Assembly (NCBI GenBank): GCA_964016885.1
Contig: OZ024741.1
Location: 403,248,001 to 403,312,000 of the forward strand
Source: Eledone cirrhosa
Taxonomy: Eukaryota
DNA: 64,000 nucleotides
Direction: 5' to 3'
In this document: positions 14,555-28,392 of the stretch, piece after piece
Layout of the letters: every line of letters begins with the position of its first letter
Position numbering within the stretch: the stretch's first letter is position 1
Made by a program: the position numbers and the translations under genes
Notes under the pieces: model-generated
Databases searched by the model: none
Seen by the model: only the letters and a program-made list of their open reading frames with translations
What the model was told of the DNA's origin: nothing

Positions 14555-15150
14555 TTGGTAGTATCATTAAAGCATCTAGCAACAGGGTTTGTGGCATACA
14601 GTTACATTCCTTTACGTTCTGAGTTAAAATCCCTCCTAGGTTAGCTTTGACTTTCATCCTCACGTTGTCGATAAAATAAAGTACCAGTAACACACTGAGG
14701 TCGATTTAATCGACTCCGCCCTCCCCCCAGATTGTTGGCCTTGTGCCTAAATCAGAGACAATTATTATACGGTAGATTGGCAGTATCGGTAGAGTCGGAC
14801 GCCATACTTTGCAGCAAAGAGTTACGGCCCTTTATGGTCTGAGTTCAAATCCCGCCGATGTTAACTTTGCTTTCATCCTTACGAGGTCGATAAAATAAAG
14901 TACCAGTAATACACTGGGATAATTGCTGGCCTTGTGCCAAAAGTAGAAACATTTATTATAGAAATCTTTAAAGGCAGTGGGTTGGCAGAATGGTTAGAGT
15001 GCTTCACAAAATGTTTCTTGGTATTTCGTTACAACTCTTTTCATTCTGACTTCAAATCTTGTTGAGGTCAACTTTGTCTTTTATCTTTCTGGAGTCGATA
15101 AAATCACGTACCAGTAACACACTGGAATCGATTTAATCGATTTTCCCTTT
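14555..15150 (+). mobile_element. Three head-to-tail tRNA-derived SINE copies
   Basis: Each has the A-box-like head, ctgagttcaaat B box and gtcgataaaataaagtaccagtaa core. Confidence 0.9.
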
Positions 15151-15199
15151 TTGAGATTTTCCCCTCAGAGAACAGAGAGTCGGAACGTATACCACAATG

Positions 15200-17065
15200 C
15201 ATTCTGTCTGACGTTCTAACGACTCTACCATTCTATCTGACGTTCTAACGACTCTGCCATTCTATCTGACGTTCTAAAGACTCTGCCATTCTATCTGACG
15301 TTATAACGACTCTGCCATTCTGTCTGACGTTCTAACGACTCTACCATTCTATCTGACGTTCTAAAGACTCTGCCATTCTATCTGACGTTCTAACCACTCT
15401 GCCATTCTATCTGACGTTCTAAAGACTCTGCCATTCTGTTTGACGTTCTAACCACTCTGCCATTCAGTCTGACGTTCTAACCACTCTGCCATTCTATCTG
15501 ACGTTCTAACCACTCTGCCATTCAGTCTGACGTTCTAACGACTCTGCCATTCTGTCTGACGTTCTAATGACTCTGCCATTCTATCTGACGTTCTAACCAC
15601 TCTGCCATTCTATCAGACGTTCTAACGACTCTGCCATTCTATCTGACGTTCTAACCACTCTGCCATTCTATCTGACGTTCTAACCACTCTGCCATTCAGT
15701 CTGACGTTCTAACCACTCTGCCATTCAGTCTGACGTTCTAACGACTCTGCCATTCTGTCTGACGTTCTAACCACTCTGCCATTCTGTCTGACGTTCTAAC
15801 CACTCTGCCATTCAGTCTGACGTTCTAACCACTCTGCCATTCTATCTGACGTTCTAACCACTCTGCCATTCAGTCTGACGTTCTAACGACTCTGCCATTC
15901 TGTCTGACGTTCTAACGACTCTGCCATACTATCTGACGTTCTAACCACTCTGCCATTCTATCAGACGTTCTAACGACTCTGCCATTCTATCTGACGTTCT
16001 AACCACTCTGCCATTCAGTCTGACGTTCTAACGACTCTGCCATTCTGTCTGACGTTCTAACGACTCTGCCATTCTATCTGACGTTCTAACCACTCTGCCA
16101 TTCAGTCTGACGTTCTAACGACTCTGCCATTCTGTCTGACGTTCTAATGACTCTGCCATTCTATCTGACGTTCTAACCACTCTGCCATTCTATCAGACGT
16201 TCTAACGACTCTGCCATTCTATCTGACGTTCTAACCACTCTGCCATTCAGTCTGACGTTCTAACGACTCTGCCATTCTGTCTGACGTTCTAACGACTCTG
16301 CCATTCTATCTGACGTTCTAACCACTCTGCCATTCAGTCTGACGTTCTAACCACTCTGCCATTCAGTCTGACGTTCTAACGACTCTGCCATTCTGTCTGA
16401 CGTTCTAACCACTCTGCCATTCTATCTGACGTTCTAACCACTCTGCTATTCTGTCTGACGTTCTAACGACTCTGCCATTCTATCTGACGTTCTAACGACT
16501 CTGCTATTCTGTCTGACGTTCTAACGACTCTGCCATTCTGTCTGACGTTCTAACCACTCTGCCATTCAGTCTGACGTTCTAACCACTCTGCCATTCTATC
16601 TGACGTTCTAACCACTCTACCATTCAGTCTGACGTTCTAACGACTCTGCCATTCTGTCTGACGTTCTAACGACTCTGCCATACTATCTGACGTTCTAACC
16701 ACTCTGCCATTCTATCAGACGTTCTAACGACTCTGCCATTCTATCTGACGTTCTAACCACTCTGCCATTCAGTCTGACGTTCTAACGACTCTGCCATTCT
16801 GTCTGACGTTCTAACGACTCTGCCATTCTATCTGACGTTCTAACCACTCTGCCATTCAATCTGACGTTCTAACCACTCTGCCATTCAGTCTGACGTTCTA
16901 ACGACTCTGCCATTCTATCAGACGTTCTAACGACTCTGCCATTCTGTCTGACGTTCTAACGACTCTGCCATTCTGTCTGACGTTCTAACAACTCTGCCAT
17001 TCTATCAGACGTTCTAACGACTCTGCCAATCTGTCTGACGTTCTAACCACTCTGCCAATTCGCCT
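15200..17065 (-). repeat. 29 bp satellite derived from the SINE 5' head (A box), roughly 64 copies
   Basis: Unit ctgacgttctaacSactctgccattcWRt; its reverse complement tggcagagtSgttagaacgtcaga equals the SINE head; both flanks continue into SINE sequence (compare 24165-24240). Confidence 0.95.
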
Positions 17066-17284
17066 GCAATGAAATAAAGTACCAGTAAAATTCTAGGTTC
17101 GATATAATCGGCTGTTTCCCCTCTCCAATTGTGCCCATGTTAGAAATTAAGACTAAGTTTTATGTTACACCTCTTTACATTCTCAGCTCAAATCCTGCCG
17201 AGGCCAACTTTATCGTCCAACCTATTAAATTCTTAAGTTGATGTTCGGTCAAATATTTCGTCGAATTTTTCACGTTGTTCTAGT

Positions 17285-17410
17285 ATACTTAGCTGAAAAC
17301 GAGTACCAATAATAGCTGGGGGCTTAACCCTGTGATGGATGGCGTCTTGTTGAGGGAAGCCAGGATAAGCACCAACCTGATGAGTCTCCGGGCTCGAGAC
17401 AGGCTTTAGA
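17285..17410 (+). mobile_element. Fragment of a second SINE family (aaccctgtgatggat... core)
   Basis: tacttagctgaaaacgagtac...aaccctgtgatgga...cctgatgag; related to 53825-54092. Confidence 0.55.
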
Positions 17411-17639
17411 GATGTATCAAAAGTAGCCATGATTACACGTGGAAAAATGATAGGATCCACATTGATATAGGCTCATGGATTTGTAATTGTATTGAAAAGT
17501 AACAATACAAGATGTGGTAGATGTGACAACTGGAGCATCATTGCACAAATAGCTAGGTTTCTTCATACAATTAACCCATATAAACGCAGGCAAACGAATG
17601 ACTATAATGGTTTATAACTTATGTACAAAGTCAACAATA

Positions 17640-18125
17640 TGGCCAAGTGGAAAGTCGATTATATCAACCCCAGAGGGATAAAAGGCAAAGGTGACTTTGA
17701 TGGGAATTGAACTCAGGACTCAGAATAGATACTGCTAATCATTTCTCCAGCGCTATAATAACCCTGGCAACCTACCGCCCTAAAATGGACTAACACATTC
17801 ACTGATTTCTAGTTTTGCCACGAAGCCAGCAATTTGAGAGAAGTGTAAATTGATTAAATCGACCATTATTGTACTGGTACTTTATTTTATCGACCTCGGA
17901 AGAATGAAAGGCAAAGTTGACCTCAGTGGGATTTGAACTCAGAACATAAAGAGCCGGAATAAATAATTGTTTCTACTTTTGGCACAAGGTCGGCAATTAC
18001 CCAGTGCATTACTGGTACTTTATTTTATCGACCCTGTAAGGATGAAAGGCAAAGTTAACCTCAGCGGGATTTGAAGCCAGAACAAATAATGCTGAGCAAT
18101 TCGTTCGACGCTCCAACGAATCATC
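17640..18125 (-). mobile_element. Three minus-strand copies of the main SINE
   Basis: ctggtactttattttatcgacc...gaaaggcaaagtt...gatttgaactcag. Confidence 0.85.
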
Positions 18126-19046
18126 CCCCACCCCTCACCACATAGCTACATGATATCTGCTGTGAACTTTACCGGTAAATAATAATAATTATATATTATA
18201 CTGTGTCGTTTGCTTTTTTATTTGTTTGCCTTACACACACACACACACGCACATACACACACATAAAAGAAAGCATTAAACATAAACACACAAAACACAA
18301 TACTTTAATGTGCTCTAGTGTCTTTTTCCTACAACAGGGACATTCTGCTGTAGCACCGTTTCTGCGGATATTGCTATCGACCGCGTCAAATTGGGAAATT
18401 GGCAGCAGCTACTGAGCTGCAATGTTTATTTTCATACGTAGACACAGTATTTCACTTTTATATTTTTAACATCCATTTTAAAATGTCAACGATATTTCTT
18501 TTCAACAGATATAACAGCCACACTTGTTTCTATATATTGTTTGGAGCGAGTCGCTGCTATTTTTGTTGATGTAGTTGTATGCATCGTCTGCATTTTTTAC
18601 AACTGCAGGCGATTCATTTGCGCTTAACACTACATTAAATACATGGACGTTCTTTTATTGATCTGTATAGTCACCTTTGTAGAGAGGAAGTTCATTTAAA
18701 TATGTTTCTATCAAGTAGATGAGATGGTGGACGACGACAGGCAGGAAATATTTCCCGTCGTTCCGGATAACTTTCCAATCTCCTACAACGTCTCTCCCGC
18801 CCCGCCCCCTCTCTTTCTCTCTTTCTCTTTCTCCTCACTTCCTCTCTCTCTCACTTTCTTTCTCCCCCCTCTCTCTCCCCTCCTCTCTCTCTCGCTCTCG
18901 CTCTCTCTCTCACTCTCCTCTCTCACTCCACCCACCTCTCTCTCTCTGTTTCTCTCTACCCACCTCTATCTATCACTTTCTATCTATCTACCACTATATA
19001 ATTATTAAGGCCAGTTACTACAACGGCGCCATACCAGGAACGTAAG

Positions 19047-19210
<164 letters not shown>

Positions 19211-19429
19211 AAAGAAAGTATAAACCCAACCGTGCTGTCGAGCAGTATCGGATTGTATGTAGCAAGCCTTCTCATAGTATACCCTCCAGAAGGCTTGCTA
19301 CATAGAAGCCGAAACCACTAGGCGTCGCGGCAGGATTTATATCTTCCTTTATACCTGCTCTGCTTCTTCCCATGCATAGAGTACTACGCCGATCTCTGGT
19401 CCACCGGTCTTGGCACCGCACATTTACAA

Positions 19430-19545
19430 TATATGAGTTAAATACCCTCACCAACCTGTAATTAGTCAAACCTTGTGAGTACAACTACACCCTTGACATG
19501 ACCAAAACCAAACAGAAACGGGTGGGGGTCAACCAGGTGTGTCTG
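19430..19545 (+). repeat. Unclassified dispersed repeat (also twice at 22730-22965 and inverted at 52080-52170)
   Basis: Shared gtgagtacggctacaccc(t)tgacatgaccaaaaccaa...gaaa..ggtggRggtcaaccagg. Confidence 0.75.
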
Positions 19546-19814
19546 TGTGTCTGTCTCCACCCTGCTTATTAATCTTTCAGACCCTGGATCTCTGGAAAGA
19601 TACCTACTTTCGGGTCTCAAACAATCGTACCCCCTCACATACGTTATAAAATAAATAGGTTGGGTTGGAGTCTGACATTCAAACAGAAGCAGTTTATTAT
19701 AAAACTCAGATTTTACCCAAAGTGATGTTCATTGGAATTACAGGTGAGGGTTTCTGTTAATTATTAATCTGTTGGGTACACGGCACCATTATTGTTATTA
19801 TTATTATTGATAGG

Positions 19815-20025
19815 GCAGAGTGGGTAGAGCGTCGGACAACATGCTTTGTGGCATAGAATTACGACCCTTTACGTTCTGAGTTCAAATCCAACCGAGGTTA
19901 GCTTTGCCTTTTATCGTTACGGGGGTCGATTAAATAAAGTACCAGTAACGTACTGGGGTCGATTTAATCGACTTTACCATCCCACCAAAAATTGCTGGTC
20001 TTGTGCCTTAATCAGAAACCATTAT
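19815..20025 (+). mobile_element. Main SINE copy
   Basis: Head, B box gagttcaaatcc, core and tail all present. Confidence 0.9.
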
Positions 20026-20736
20026 TATTATTAATCTTGGTAAGGATAAGTGTTTGGTCATTTGCTTTTGATCAAGGATATTGATTTCTCTTATTGGTAC
20101 ATTTCCGCACATTTGCAAAGGACGCTTATAGTCAACAATAGAATCGAATTTAATAAATGATTTATATTTTATCGATTTCATTTTGGTAAAGGTGAAAGGC
20201 GATACAAATGAGATTTAACTTCGGAATGTTAGTGTAAATATGGACACTCCACAGGGGAACGATTTTAATATTTCGGGGGGAGAGATTTTTTTCTAAAGTT
20301 TATATATCCTTTTAATTCCAAACAAGGTGTCATATTGAAGGGGGGTCATCGAATATTTAGATATGCTGTGGTTGAGCAAGGACCAAAATTGTTTTACGAA
20401 CGACTTAATTTGCCTTTCATCCATTTAAGGTTGATAAATAAAGTACTAGTGGAGTACTGCGGTCGATTCTTCCTCTATATCTCTTTCTCACTTCCATTAT
20501 CTCACTTCCTATTCCTTCTCTGGAAGAAATCTCCTGTATTCAGACCTGGAGAAGATATTGACTCCTAGAAATGCCGCATGACCCTCCTACGACCAACTCA
20601 ACAGTTACGGGTCCATACATACTTATGAGATAGAGATCACTACCTACATTCTGTATGGTTTATAGAGTGATACCCAACCTCTTTTGCCAGTTTCCTGATT
20701 CTTGGCTATATAAGGCTGCTATGGTTAGGTCTGGTT

Positions 20737-21000
20737 CTATGAAGGAGTGATGCTAGAGCTGTGAAATCTCGCATGCATTAATGTCAACTCTTCTTATTAA
20801 TAACTGCCTTGTTTCTTTATAGGGACTATGTTGAAAAATAAGCCTTATTTTGTCATTCCATGAGAGTATCTTGGTTAGTTTATGAAGGAGTGATGCTAGC
20901 GCTGTGAAATCTTGCATCCATTAATGTCAATTCTTCTTATTAATAGCTGCATTGTTTCTTTACAGGGTCTATATTGAAAAATAAACCTTATTTTGTCATA
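20737..21000 (-). mobile_element. Two tandem internal fragments of the mariner-type MITE
   Basis: tatgaaggagtgatgctagagctgtgaaatct occurs twice; reverse complement of 13862-14140. Confidence 0.75.
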
Positions 21001-21264
21001 CCACTGTTTTATTTTATGTTCTGTTTCCAAATATATAATTCAACCACCTTTTACTATTTTCTTCCTTAAGTTATACTAACTTAGATTAAGGGCCAAAACA
21101 TTTGCTTGAGGGGGTTTTCGTCTTCGAAAACCTTTTGCTGTCCAGGTTTTCTGAGAGGTTTTTACCGCCGATGTTCTGGCCTCTTCCCTCAAACAACGAC
21201 ATCTGACTATTCATGTCTTGTAGTATTCTGGTTTATCAGAAACTGTAATAGCCAAAACTTTAAT

Positions 21265-21425
21265 AGTTGTTTCTACTTTTGGCACAAGGCCAGCAATTAT
21301 CGCAGTACATTACTGGTACTTTATTTTATCGACCCCGTAAGGATGAAAGGCAAAGTTAACCTCCGCGTGATTTGAACTCAGACCGTAAAGGCACGTAACT
21401 CTATGCTGGAAAGCATGGCGTCCCA
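21265..21425 (-). mobile_element. Main SINE copy (short-tail subfamily)
   Basis: tgtttctacttttggcacaaggccagcaattat...gatttgaactcagaccgtaaagg. Confidence 0.9.
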
Positions 21426-21535
21426 CCCGTGGTGATAGTCTGTATTAGGAAACTTAGTCAATAGAAAGTTCTGATGATTGTCGAATATTATTTACTGCGG
21501 ATTAAAGAATATAAAGTCAAATCTACTTTTTATAC

Positions 21536-22500
21536 ATACTACAGGGTCATATATTTTATACTACAGTGTCATATATTTTATACTACAGTGTCATATATTT
21601 TATACTACAGTGTCATATATTTTATACTACAGGGTCATATATTTTATACTACAGTGTCATATATTTTATACTACAGGGTCATATATTTTATACTACAGGG
21701 TCATATATTTTATACTACAGTGTCATATATTTTATACTACAGGGTCATATATTTTATACTACAGTGTCATATATTTTATACTACAGGGTCATATATTTTA
21801 TACTACAGGGTCATATATTTTATACTACAGGGTCATATATTTTATACTACAGGGTCATATATTTTATACTACAGGGTCATATATTTTATACTACAGGGTC
21901 ATATATTTTATACTACAGGGTCATATATTTTATACTACAGGGTCATATATTTTATACTACAGGGTCATATATTTTATACTACAGTGTCATATATTTTATA
22001 CTACAGGGTCATATATTTTATACTACAGGGTCATATATTTTATACTACAGGGTCATATATTTTATACTACAGGGTCATATATTTTATACTACAGGGTCAT
22101 ATATTTTATACTACAGTGTCATATATTTTATACTACAGGGTCATATATTTTATACTACAGGGTCATATATTTTATACTACAGGGTCATATATTTTATACT
22201 ACAGGGTCATATATTTTATACTACAGGGTCATATATTTTATACTACAGTGTCATATATTTTATACTACAGGGTCATATATTTTATACTACAGGGTCATAT
22301 ATTTTATACTACAGTGTCATATATTTTATACTACAGGGTCATATATTTTATACTACAGTGTCATATATTTTATACTACAGGGTCATATATTTTATACTAC
22401 AGGGTCATATATTTTATACTACAGGGTCATATATTTTATACTACAGGGTCATATATTTTATACTACAGGGTCATATATTTTATACTACAGGGTCATATAT
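21536..22500. repeat. 22 bp satellite (acagKgtcatatattttatact), roughly 44 copies
   Basis: Period 22; essentially one variable site (G/T); stop-free on + so it generates three spurious overlapping ORFs. Confidence 0.98.
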
Positions 22501-23559
22501 AGGGTATATAACATATTACAATTTGTGATGAGGTCAAGGTTCTGTCTGCGACTGGTACCATGTAACCTAGTACGGCCTGCTTCATGGTTGAGTAGTGAGC
22601 GACTAAACCGACCCCCCACCAAAACCTGGTCTACCGAAGAGAGTAAGTGCAACTCCGGTAGCACAAAAACAAGAACTGTAGAACAGGGAGGATGAACACC
22701 TGAGAGTGAATGGCTACCCACCTCAAGTATGGGTTAAATAGCTTCACCAACCTGCAATTGACCAAATGGGGTGAGTACGGCTACACCCTGACATGACGAA
22801 AACCAACTAGAAAATGGTGGAGGTCAACCAGGGAAGGGTTCCTTCAAACAGGAGTGAGAAGACCCCAGATTAGATTAGATAGTATAAGGTATGGCTACAT
22901 CCCTGAAGACATGACGGAACCCAAACAGAAAATGGTGGAGGTTAACCAGGGAGGGGTTCTCCCAACATGAGTGTTGGACTATAATGTCTAATCTACTTTT
23001 CATTACATACTGCAGCAGTGTTGTCAAATTAAATTACTTTAATCTGGGACTGAAACCACATCGCCACCTCGTTTTACCAGTAGCTCGCCTTTTGCTTCAC
23101 AATACTCACTAAAACTTAAAAAGAAATGTACCCACGTACTTAGAGAAGTCTTTCCGCAATTCTTATCGATATGGCAACATTTATGAGGATAGGAAATTAC
23201 AAAAGAAATAGTTTGAAACAAACAAAATCTCTATGGAGTTCAATGATTTATTACTTAAGACAGTTAAGACATTTGTTGTAAGTGTTCCTAAGTGTGCTTA
23301 GTAAGAAAGGAAGGAAAGGAAGAAACTAGATATAACATAGAAATTGAAAGTATTTAATTAGGTAAGTTTCAGGTATTGCTGAACAAGTATAGATATCTTA
23401 AACGTTTGATTTAGGGTTTAAATATCTCTTGAAATGTTCGACATGTAATAATGTAATGTAGGTGTAAGAGAGAGAATACAAGCGGCCGAGTTATAACGAG
23501 TGTTTTGAAGTTTCAGGTAATTTCACCAGCTAAAGCGGAGTTTAGCAATGCAGACCTCG

Positions 23560-23930
23560 TGACAGATACACATACTATACGGTCGAATTAGTAGTAAGAT
23601 TAAAATAAGATCTAGTCGGGCAGATAGACACAGTATACAGTCGAATTAGTAGTAAGGTTAAAATAAGATCTAGTCGGGCAGATAGACACAGTATACGGTC
23701 AAATTACTAGTAAGGTAAAATAAAAAATAGTGAGGTTAAATCAAAATCTACTCGTGCAGATATAGACACAGTATACAGTCAAATTAATAGTGAGGTTAAA
23801 ATAAAATCTAGTCGTACAGATAGACACAGTATACGGTCAAATTACTAGTAAGGTAAAAATAAAATCTAGTCGTGTAGATAGAAACCACATACGGTCAAAT
23901 TACTAGTAAGGTTAAAATTAAATCTAGCCG
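23560..23930. repeat. ~57 bp degenerate minisatellite, about 6 copies
   Basis: cagatagacacagtatacggtcaaattactagtaaggttaaaataaaatctagtcg repeated. Confidence 0.9.
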
Positions 23931-24079
23931 AGTAATCAGCGGTTCTTATCTGCGTATTGAACTTATAGTTAACAGTTATATTTCAAATGGCCAACCTATC
24001 TTGATGTACTGAAGCACTGCAACCCCCGTCCCTAAGCATCTGACTAACCTTCTGTATATTGTGTTGGTATTATTTTACG

Positions 24080-24240
24080 AAAAATCGACCCAGTACTTGA
24101 ATGGTACTTTTTTTTTTATTAACCTCGAATGAGAGGAAAGGTAAAGTTGACTTCGGCGGGATTTGAACTCAGAGAGCAGAGAGCTGGAATGAATACCACA
24201 AAGCATTCTATCCGACGCTCTAATGACTCTGCCAATTCAC
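24080..24240 (-). mobile_element. Main SINE copy
   Basis: gacttcggcgggatttgaactcag...ctctaatgactctgccaattc. Confidence 0.85.
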
Positions 24241-24919
24241 CCCCACCCCCCTCCAGCTAGCGTATTAAAAAAGAAAGCACGTATTGGATAACATAATCCT
24301 TGGTACGCTATGACTGAATAAACGACAGAATGATGACGACTGGAATATCTTGATCAAAGATCAGTTTGATCAAGCTGAACTACATAAGTCTTCATATTTT
24401 TAGAAGATGAGAAATTGGATACTCTTGCCTTTATGGAGGACTGTTGATAAAACATGCTTCCATGAACCCAATCCAAGGAGCACCCCCCCCCCCCTACTTT
24501 CAATAAATAAATGAAATCAAATTCCTATTTCACCTTTTCTTTTATTGAGTCTAAATTTCATTTCAATTTCTGTTTCAGAGTTCTTAACACATTTTTTTTA
24601 GATCTGATCTTGATTTTTGTTTGGCATTTCGGTTTAAGAAAACATTTTTGTTTGAAGACATGACCGATAGGAAATTTGAAACTGAAACGTAAAAATAACA
24701 AAAGAAAAAAAAAGAACTCAAAACAAAATAACAAGGCCATGTGTTTAGAAGGTAACATGGTTTCGCGTTCGGTCTGAAATGTATTTGGTTGACGGAGACC
24801 GCGTAGAAGCTTTGCCTTTCATCCTTACGGGGTCGATAAAATAAAGTACCAGTAATGCACTGGGATAATTGCTGGCCTTGTGCCAAAAGTAGAAACAATT
24901 ATATATATATATATATATA

Positions 24920-25131
24920 GGAAAAGAGTCAGGACCCCGACGGCAGAGCTCAAGCGTTTCGACGGCTATTTCTGGACTATCTTTGACGGTTAGTCCAGAA
25001 ATAGCCGTCGAAATGGCTCGAGCTCTGCCGTCGGGATCCTGACTCTTTTCCTATTACCCACTCTACTACCCAAAATATCGAGTACTCTGGTGCGTTATGG
25101 TCCACCTGGTTCCTTACCACACTTTCTTCGT
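24920..25131 (+). mobile_element. Fold-back element in (TA)n carrying a 5'-truncated hammerhead (family A, copy 1)
   Basis: Hairpin 24920-25051 plus ~80 bp tail; stem II gacggtta/tagccgtc, GAAA, stem III atggc/gccgt and GUC at 25030-25032; CUGANGA missing at the inversion junction. Confidence 0.7.
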
Positions 25132-25235
25132 TATATATATATATACTGCAGTATAAGATTGGTAGAAATATCCAAGGGTAAGATAACTCAGTCCACACAC
25201 ACACACACACACTAACACACACATATATATATATA

Positions 25236-25832
25236 CTAGCAGTAAAGCCCGGCGTTGCTCGGGGTCGCTCAGTAGCTGTGTTAAAGTTACAATGTTAAGT
25301 TTCTTTTTTGGCTTAAAAACTGTAGTGTCGACTGTGCAGACTTGCATGTGGTGTTTTTGATTAATATTCCCTCAACCAACAATATGCCTTATGAAGTTAA
25401 GAAAACATAACGATAACCCGAATGTTATAACAAAAGAGGATGCTAGGGATAAAAACTGCACTGGTTATTTATTAACAAAGATCGAAAATGTAAACACTGC
25501 AACGCAGAGAAAAACATTAGCGTAACCAAATTATCAGTTATTGTGTTAATGTCATTTTAAACGCTGAGAAAGCCAGCGTAATTTTTTACGTAAGACGCTC
25601 AATGTAAACAGAACAAAGGGAAATAACTGATAACTTACGCTCAAAAATCGATACATTATATTCGATTTCGTCACATAGGGTGGGTCAATTTGAAATATTT
25701 TTTTTCGATGTCTTCGCTAGGGCTCAATGTACAAGTATAGTAATTTCGGTGCAATTCCGTCAGAGATTCTAGGAGGAGATGTGTGCCAAAAATCGATAGA
25801 CAGACAGACAACCACAGTTTTATATATATAGA
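25236..25832 (-). mobile_element. Non-autonomous Helitron-like element (597 bp)
   Basis: Minus strand starts TCtatatatataaaa and ends cccgagcaacgccggg hairpin + ctttactgCTAG; inserted between A and T. Confidence 0.85.
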
Positions 25833-26259
25833 TAAAGTGAAGGTGAAAATGTACATAAGTATATTTAAAGATTATGTTTTCTTTAATCCGACAGAATAAA
25901 TAATTTTATAATTGTTGCATTAGATATAACTGGTTTCGATTGGTATAACAAGCTTATCAAATATTAGATATCAGATATTAAAAAAACAATGTTTTTCATG
26001 TACACTATGAGAAGTTCGATTGTATATTAATATATCGATCTGAGACTATAGTAATGGACACTTGACTAAGATACCACGAAGTGGGATCGAACTCGGAACG
26101 TGATGATTGCAAAGCGATCTCCTTACCCATTCGGCCATGCTTTCACTCCCTCTTTGACAAAACATCTGAAATAAAGAAGAAGGAATAACAAAATATACAA
26201 TTATTAATTAATTAACCCCACCATACATATTACCTACAACTCACACAAAGAACAAAAAT

Positions 26260-26422
26260 AATTGTTTCTACTTTTGGCACAAGGCCAGCAATTACCCAGT
26301 GCATTACTGGTACTTTATTTCATCGACCCCGTGAGGATGAAAGGCAAAGTTAACCTCGGCGGGATTTGAACTCTATGCGTCAAAGCATGGCGTCCGACCT
26401 TCTACCGTTACTGCCAATCCAC
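26260..26422 (-). mobile_element. Main SINE copy (short-tail subfamily, internally deleted)
   Basis: Same core as other copies. Confidence 0.85.
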
Positions 26423-26636
26423 CAAGACACAAAGAACAAAAATAATGTTTATCAACCTGACAAGGTTTCAAGAAGCAAAAAAACAATTGAGCTTCTCTCA
26501 CCTTACTAAAGATTATAGTGAAGTACTCCACTATAATCACATACATACATACATATATATATACATACATATATATATATATATATATAACAATATATAT
26601 ATATATATATATACATACATACATACATATATATAT

Positions 26637-26673
<37 letters not shown>

Positions 26674-26688
26674 CATATATATATATAA

Positions 26689-27599
26689 TCTATATATATA
26701 AAACTGTCGTTGTCTGTCTGTCTATCGATTTTTGGCACACATCTCCTCTTAGAATCTCTGACGGAATTGCACCGAAATTACTATACTTGTACATTGAGCC
26801 CTAGCGAAGACATCGGAAAAAAAATATTTCAAATTGACCCACCCTATGTGACGAAATCGAATATAATGTATCGATTTTTGAGCGTAAGTTATCAGTTATT
26901 TCCCTTTGTTCTGTTTACATTGAGCGTCTTACGTAAAAAATTACGCTGGCTTTCTCAGCGTTTAAAATGACATTAACACAATACACGAACAGTTGTCGAG
27001 CCAGCAAAATATTGACCTGCAAAATTCATCAGTTCGAACACTAAGCTTCCGTTTTGCTTCATTTCCATTTAAAAGCATTTTAAAACAATATTTTTACTTG
27101 AAAACAAGTCTATTTAAAGACTACGTAAAACAAGCAAATATTTCGTCGTTAGGCGTGCAGACAGACAGTCGTGCAGACAGACAGTCGTGCAGAGAGGTGA
27201 TATACGCGTGCAGACAGACAGTCGTGCAGAGAGGTGATATAGGCGTGCAGACAGACAGTCGTGCAGAGAGGTGATATAGGCGTGCAGACAGACATAACTG
27301 ATAATTTGGTTACGCTAATGTTTTTCTCTGCGTTGCAGTGTTTACATTTTCGATCTTTGTTAATAAATAACCAGTGCAGTTTCTATCCCCAGCATCCTCT
27401 TTTGTTATAACATTCGGGTTATCGTTATGTTTTCTTAACTTCATAAGGCATATTGTTGGTTGAGGGAATATTAATCAAAAACACCACATGCAAGTCTGCA
27501 CAGTAGACACTACAGTTTTTAAGCCAAGAAAGAAACTTAACATTGTAACTTTAACACAGCTACTGAGCGACCCCGAGCAACGCCGGGCTTTACTGCTAG
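26689..27599 (+). mobile_element. Non-autonomous Helitron-like element (911 bp), same family as 25236-25832 with an extra 313 bp
   Basis: 5' TC, 3' hairpin + CTAG, A|T target; extra segment 26984-27296 contains short tandem repeats gcgtgcagacagacagtcgtgcagagaggtgatata. Confidence 0.85.
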
Positions 27600-27628
27600 T
27601 ATATATATATATATACATACATATATAT

Positions 27629-27688
<60 letters not shown>

Positions 27689-28242
27689 CAACATATATAT
27701 ATATATAACAACATATATATATATATAACGATATATATATATATCATAAATCATAAATCTCTGAACATCACCCTCTCTCCCTGAAACAGTATCAACCCCA
27801 TTAAGATAGAACAATCAGCAAAACATTTACAACAAGCGTTTATCAAATGTCCCGTCATCCCTAGCCCATAAATATCATACATGTATCCACCAATTAATCT
27901 CTAATTTATTGGCTCTTTTATCGGACCCTCTACACGTATCTATGTACATCTCGAATCTGGTTTCCCATATTAGCACTAAACCCACCAACGAATCCTTAGA
28001 AGAACACCTACTCAAAAACTACTACTATGTACTTACACGCTCTCACTTATTTATTTCTTATATTTTCCATTGTCTCATTTTCTTACTTTTTAATGTACCC
28101 TATCTTATATTTTACTTTTTACTTTTTACATTTGTAACTTCTCTACCTATTTACCATACATGTTTTATTATTGATGTTATTGTTTTGATTATACGCTATT
28201 TTTCTATATATGTCTTTCCGAGTGAATTATTTTCATATCTAC

Positions 28243-28344
28243 GTACTCTGATGTGTTGACCAGAGGTAAATAATGTATTGGAGATCGAGTAACGCACTTC
28301 AAGCGATTCTAGACTCACCTGTTCAACGAAACAATTGCCAGTAC
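28243..28344 (+). ncRNA. Decayed type I hammerhead with long stem II insertion
   Basis: Stem I gtact/agtac; core ctgatgT; stem II gttgaccag/ctgttcaac; gaaa-caattg-cc (GCC in place of GUC); lies in an element between TA tracts (27745-28397). Confidence 0.55.
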
Positions 28345-28392
28345 TTTAAATAAAGCCCCTATTGTACAGCCAACCATGTACTCTTCATTCTT

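Noticed and set aside
17378-17405. ctgatgagtctc...gagac as a hammerhead (also ctgatgag at 54061)
   Set aside because: No GAAA after the stem; part of a SINE 3' region
21474-22695. 320-405 aa ORFs in three frames
   Set aside because: Artefact of a stop-free 22 bp tandem repeat
25097-25108. tggtccacct shared between the family A tail and the 31-mer satellite
   Set aside because: 10 bp match with no flanking similarity; likely chance
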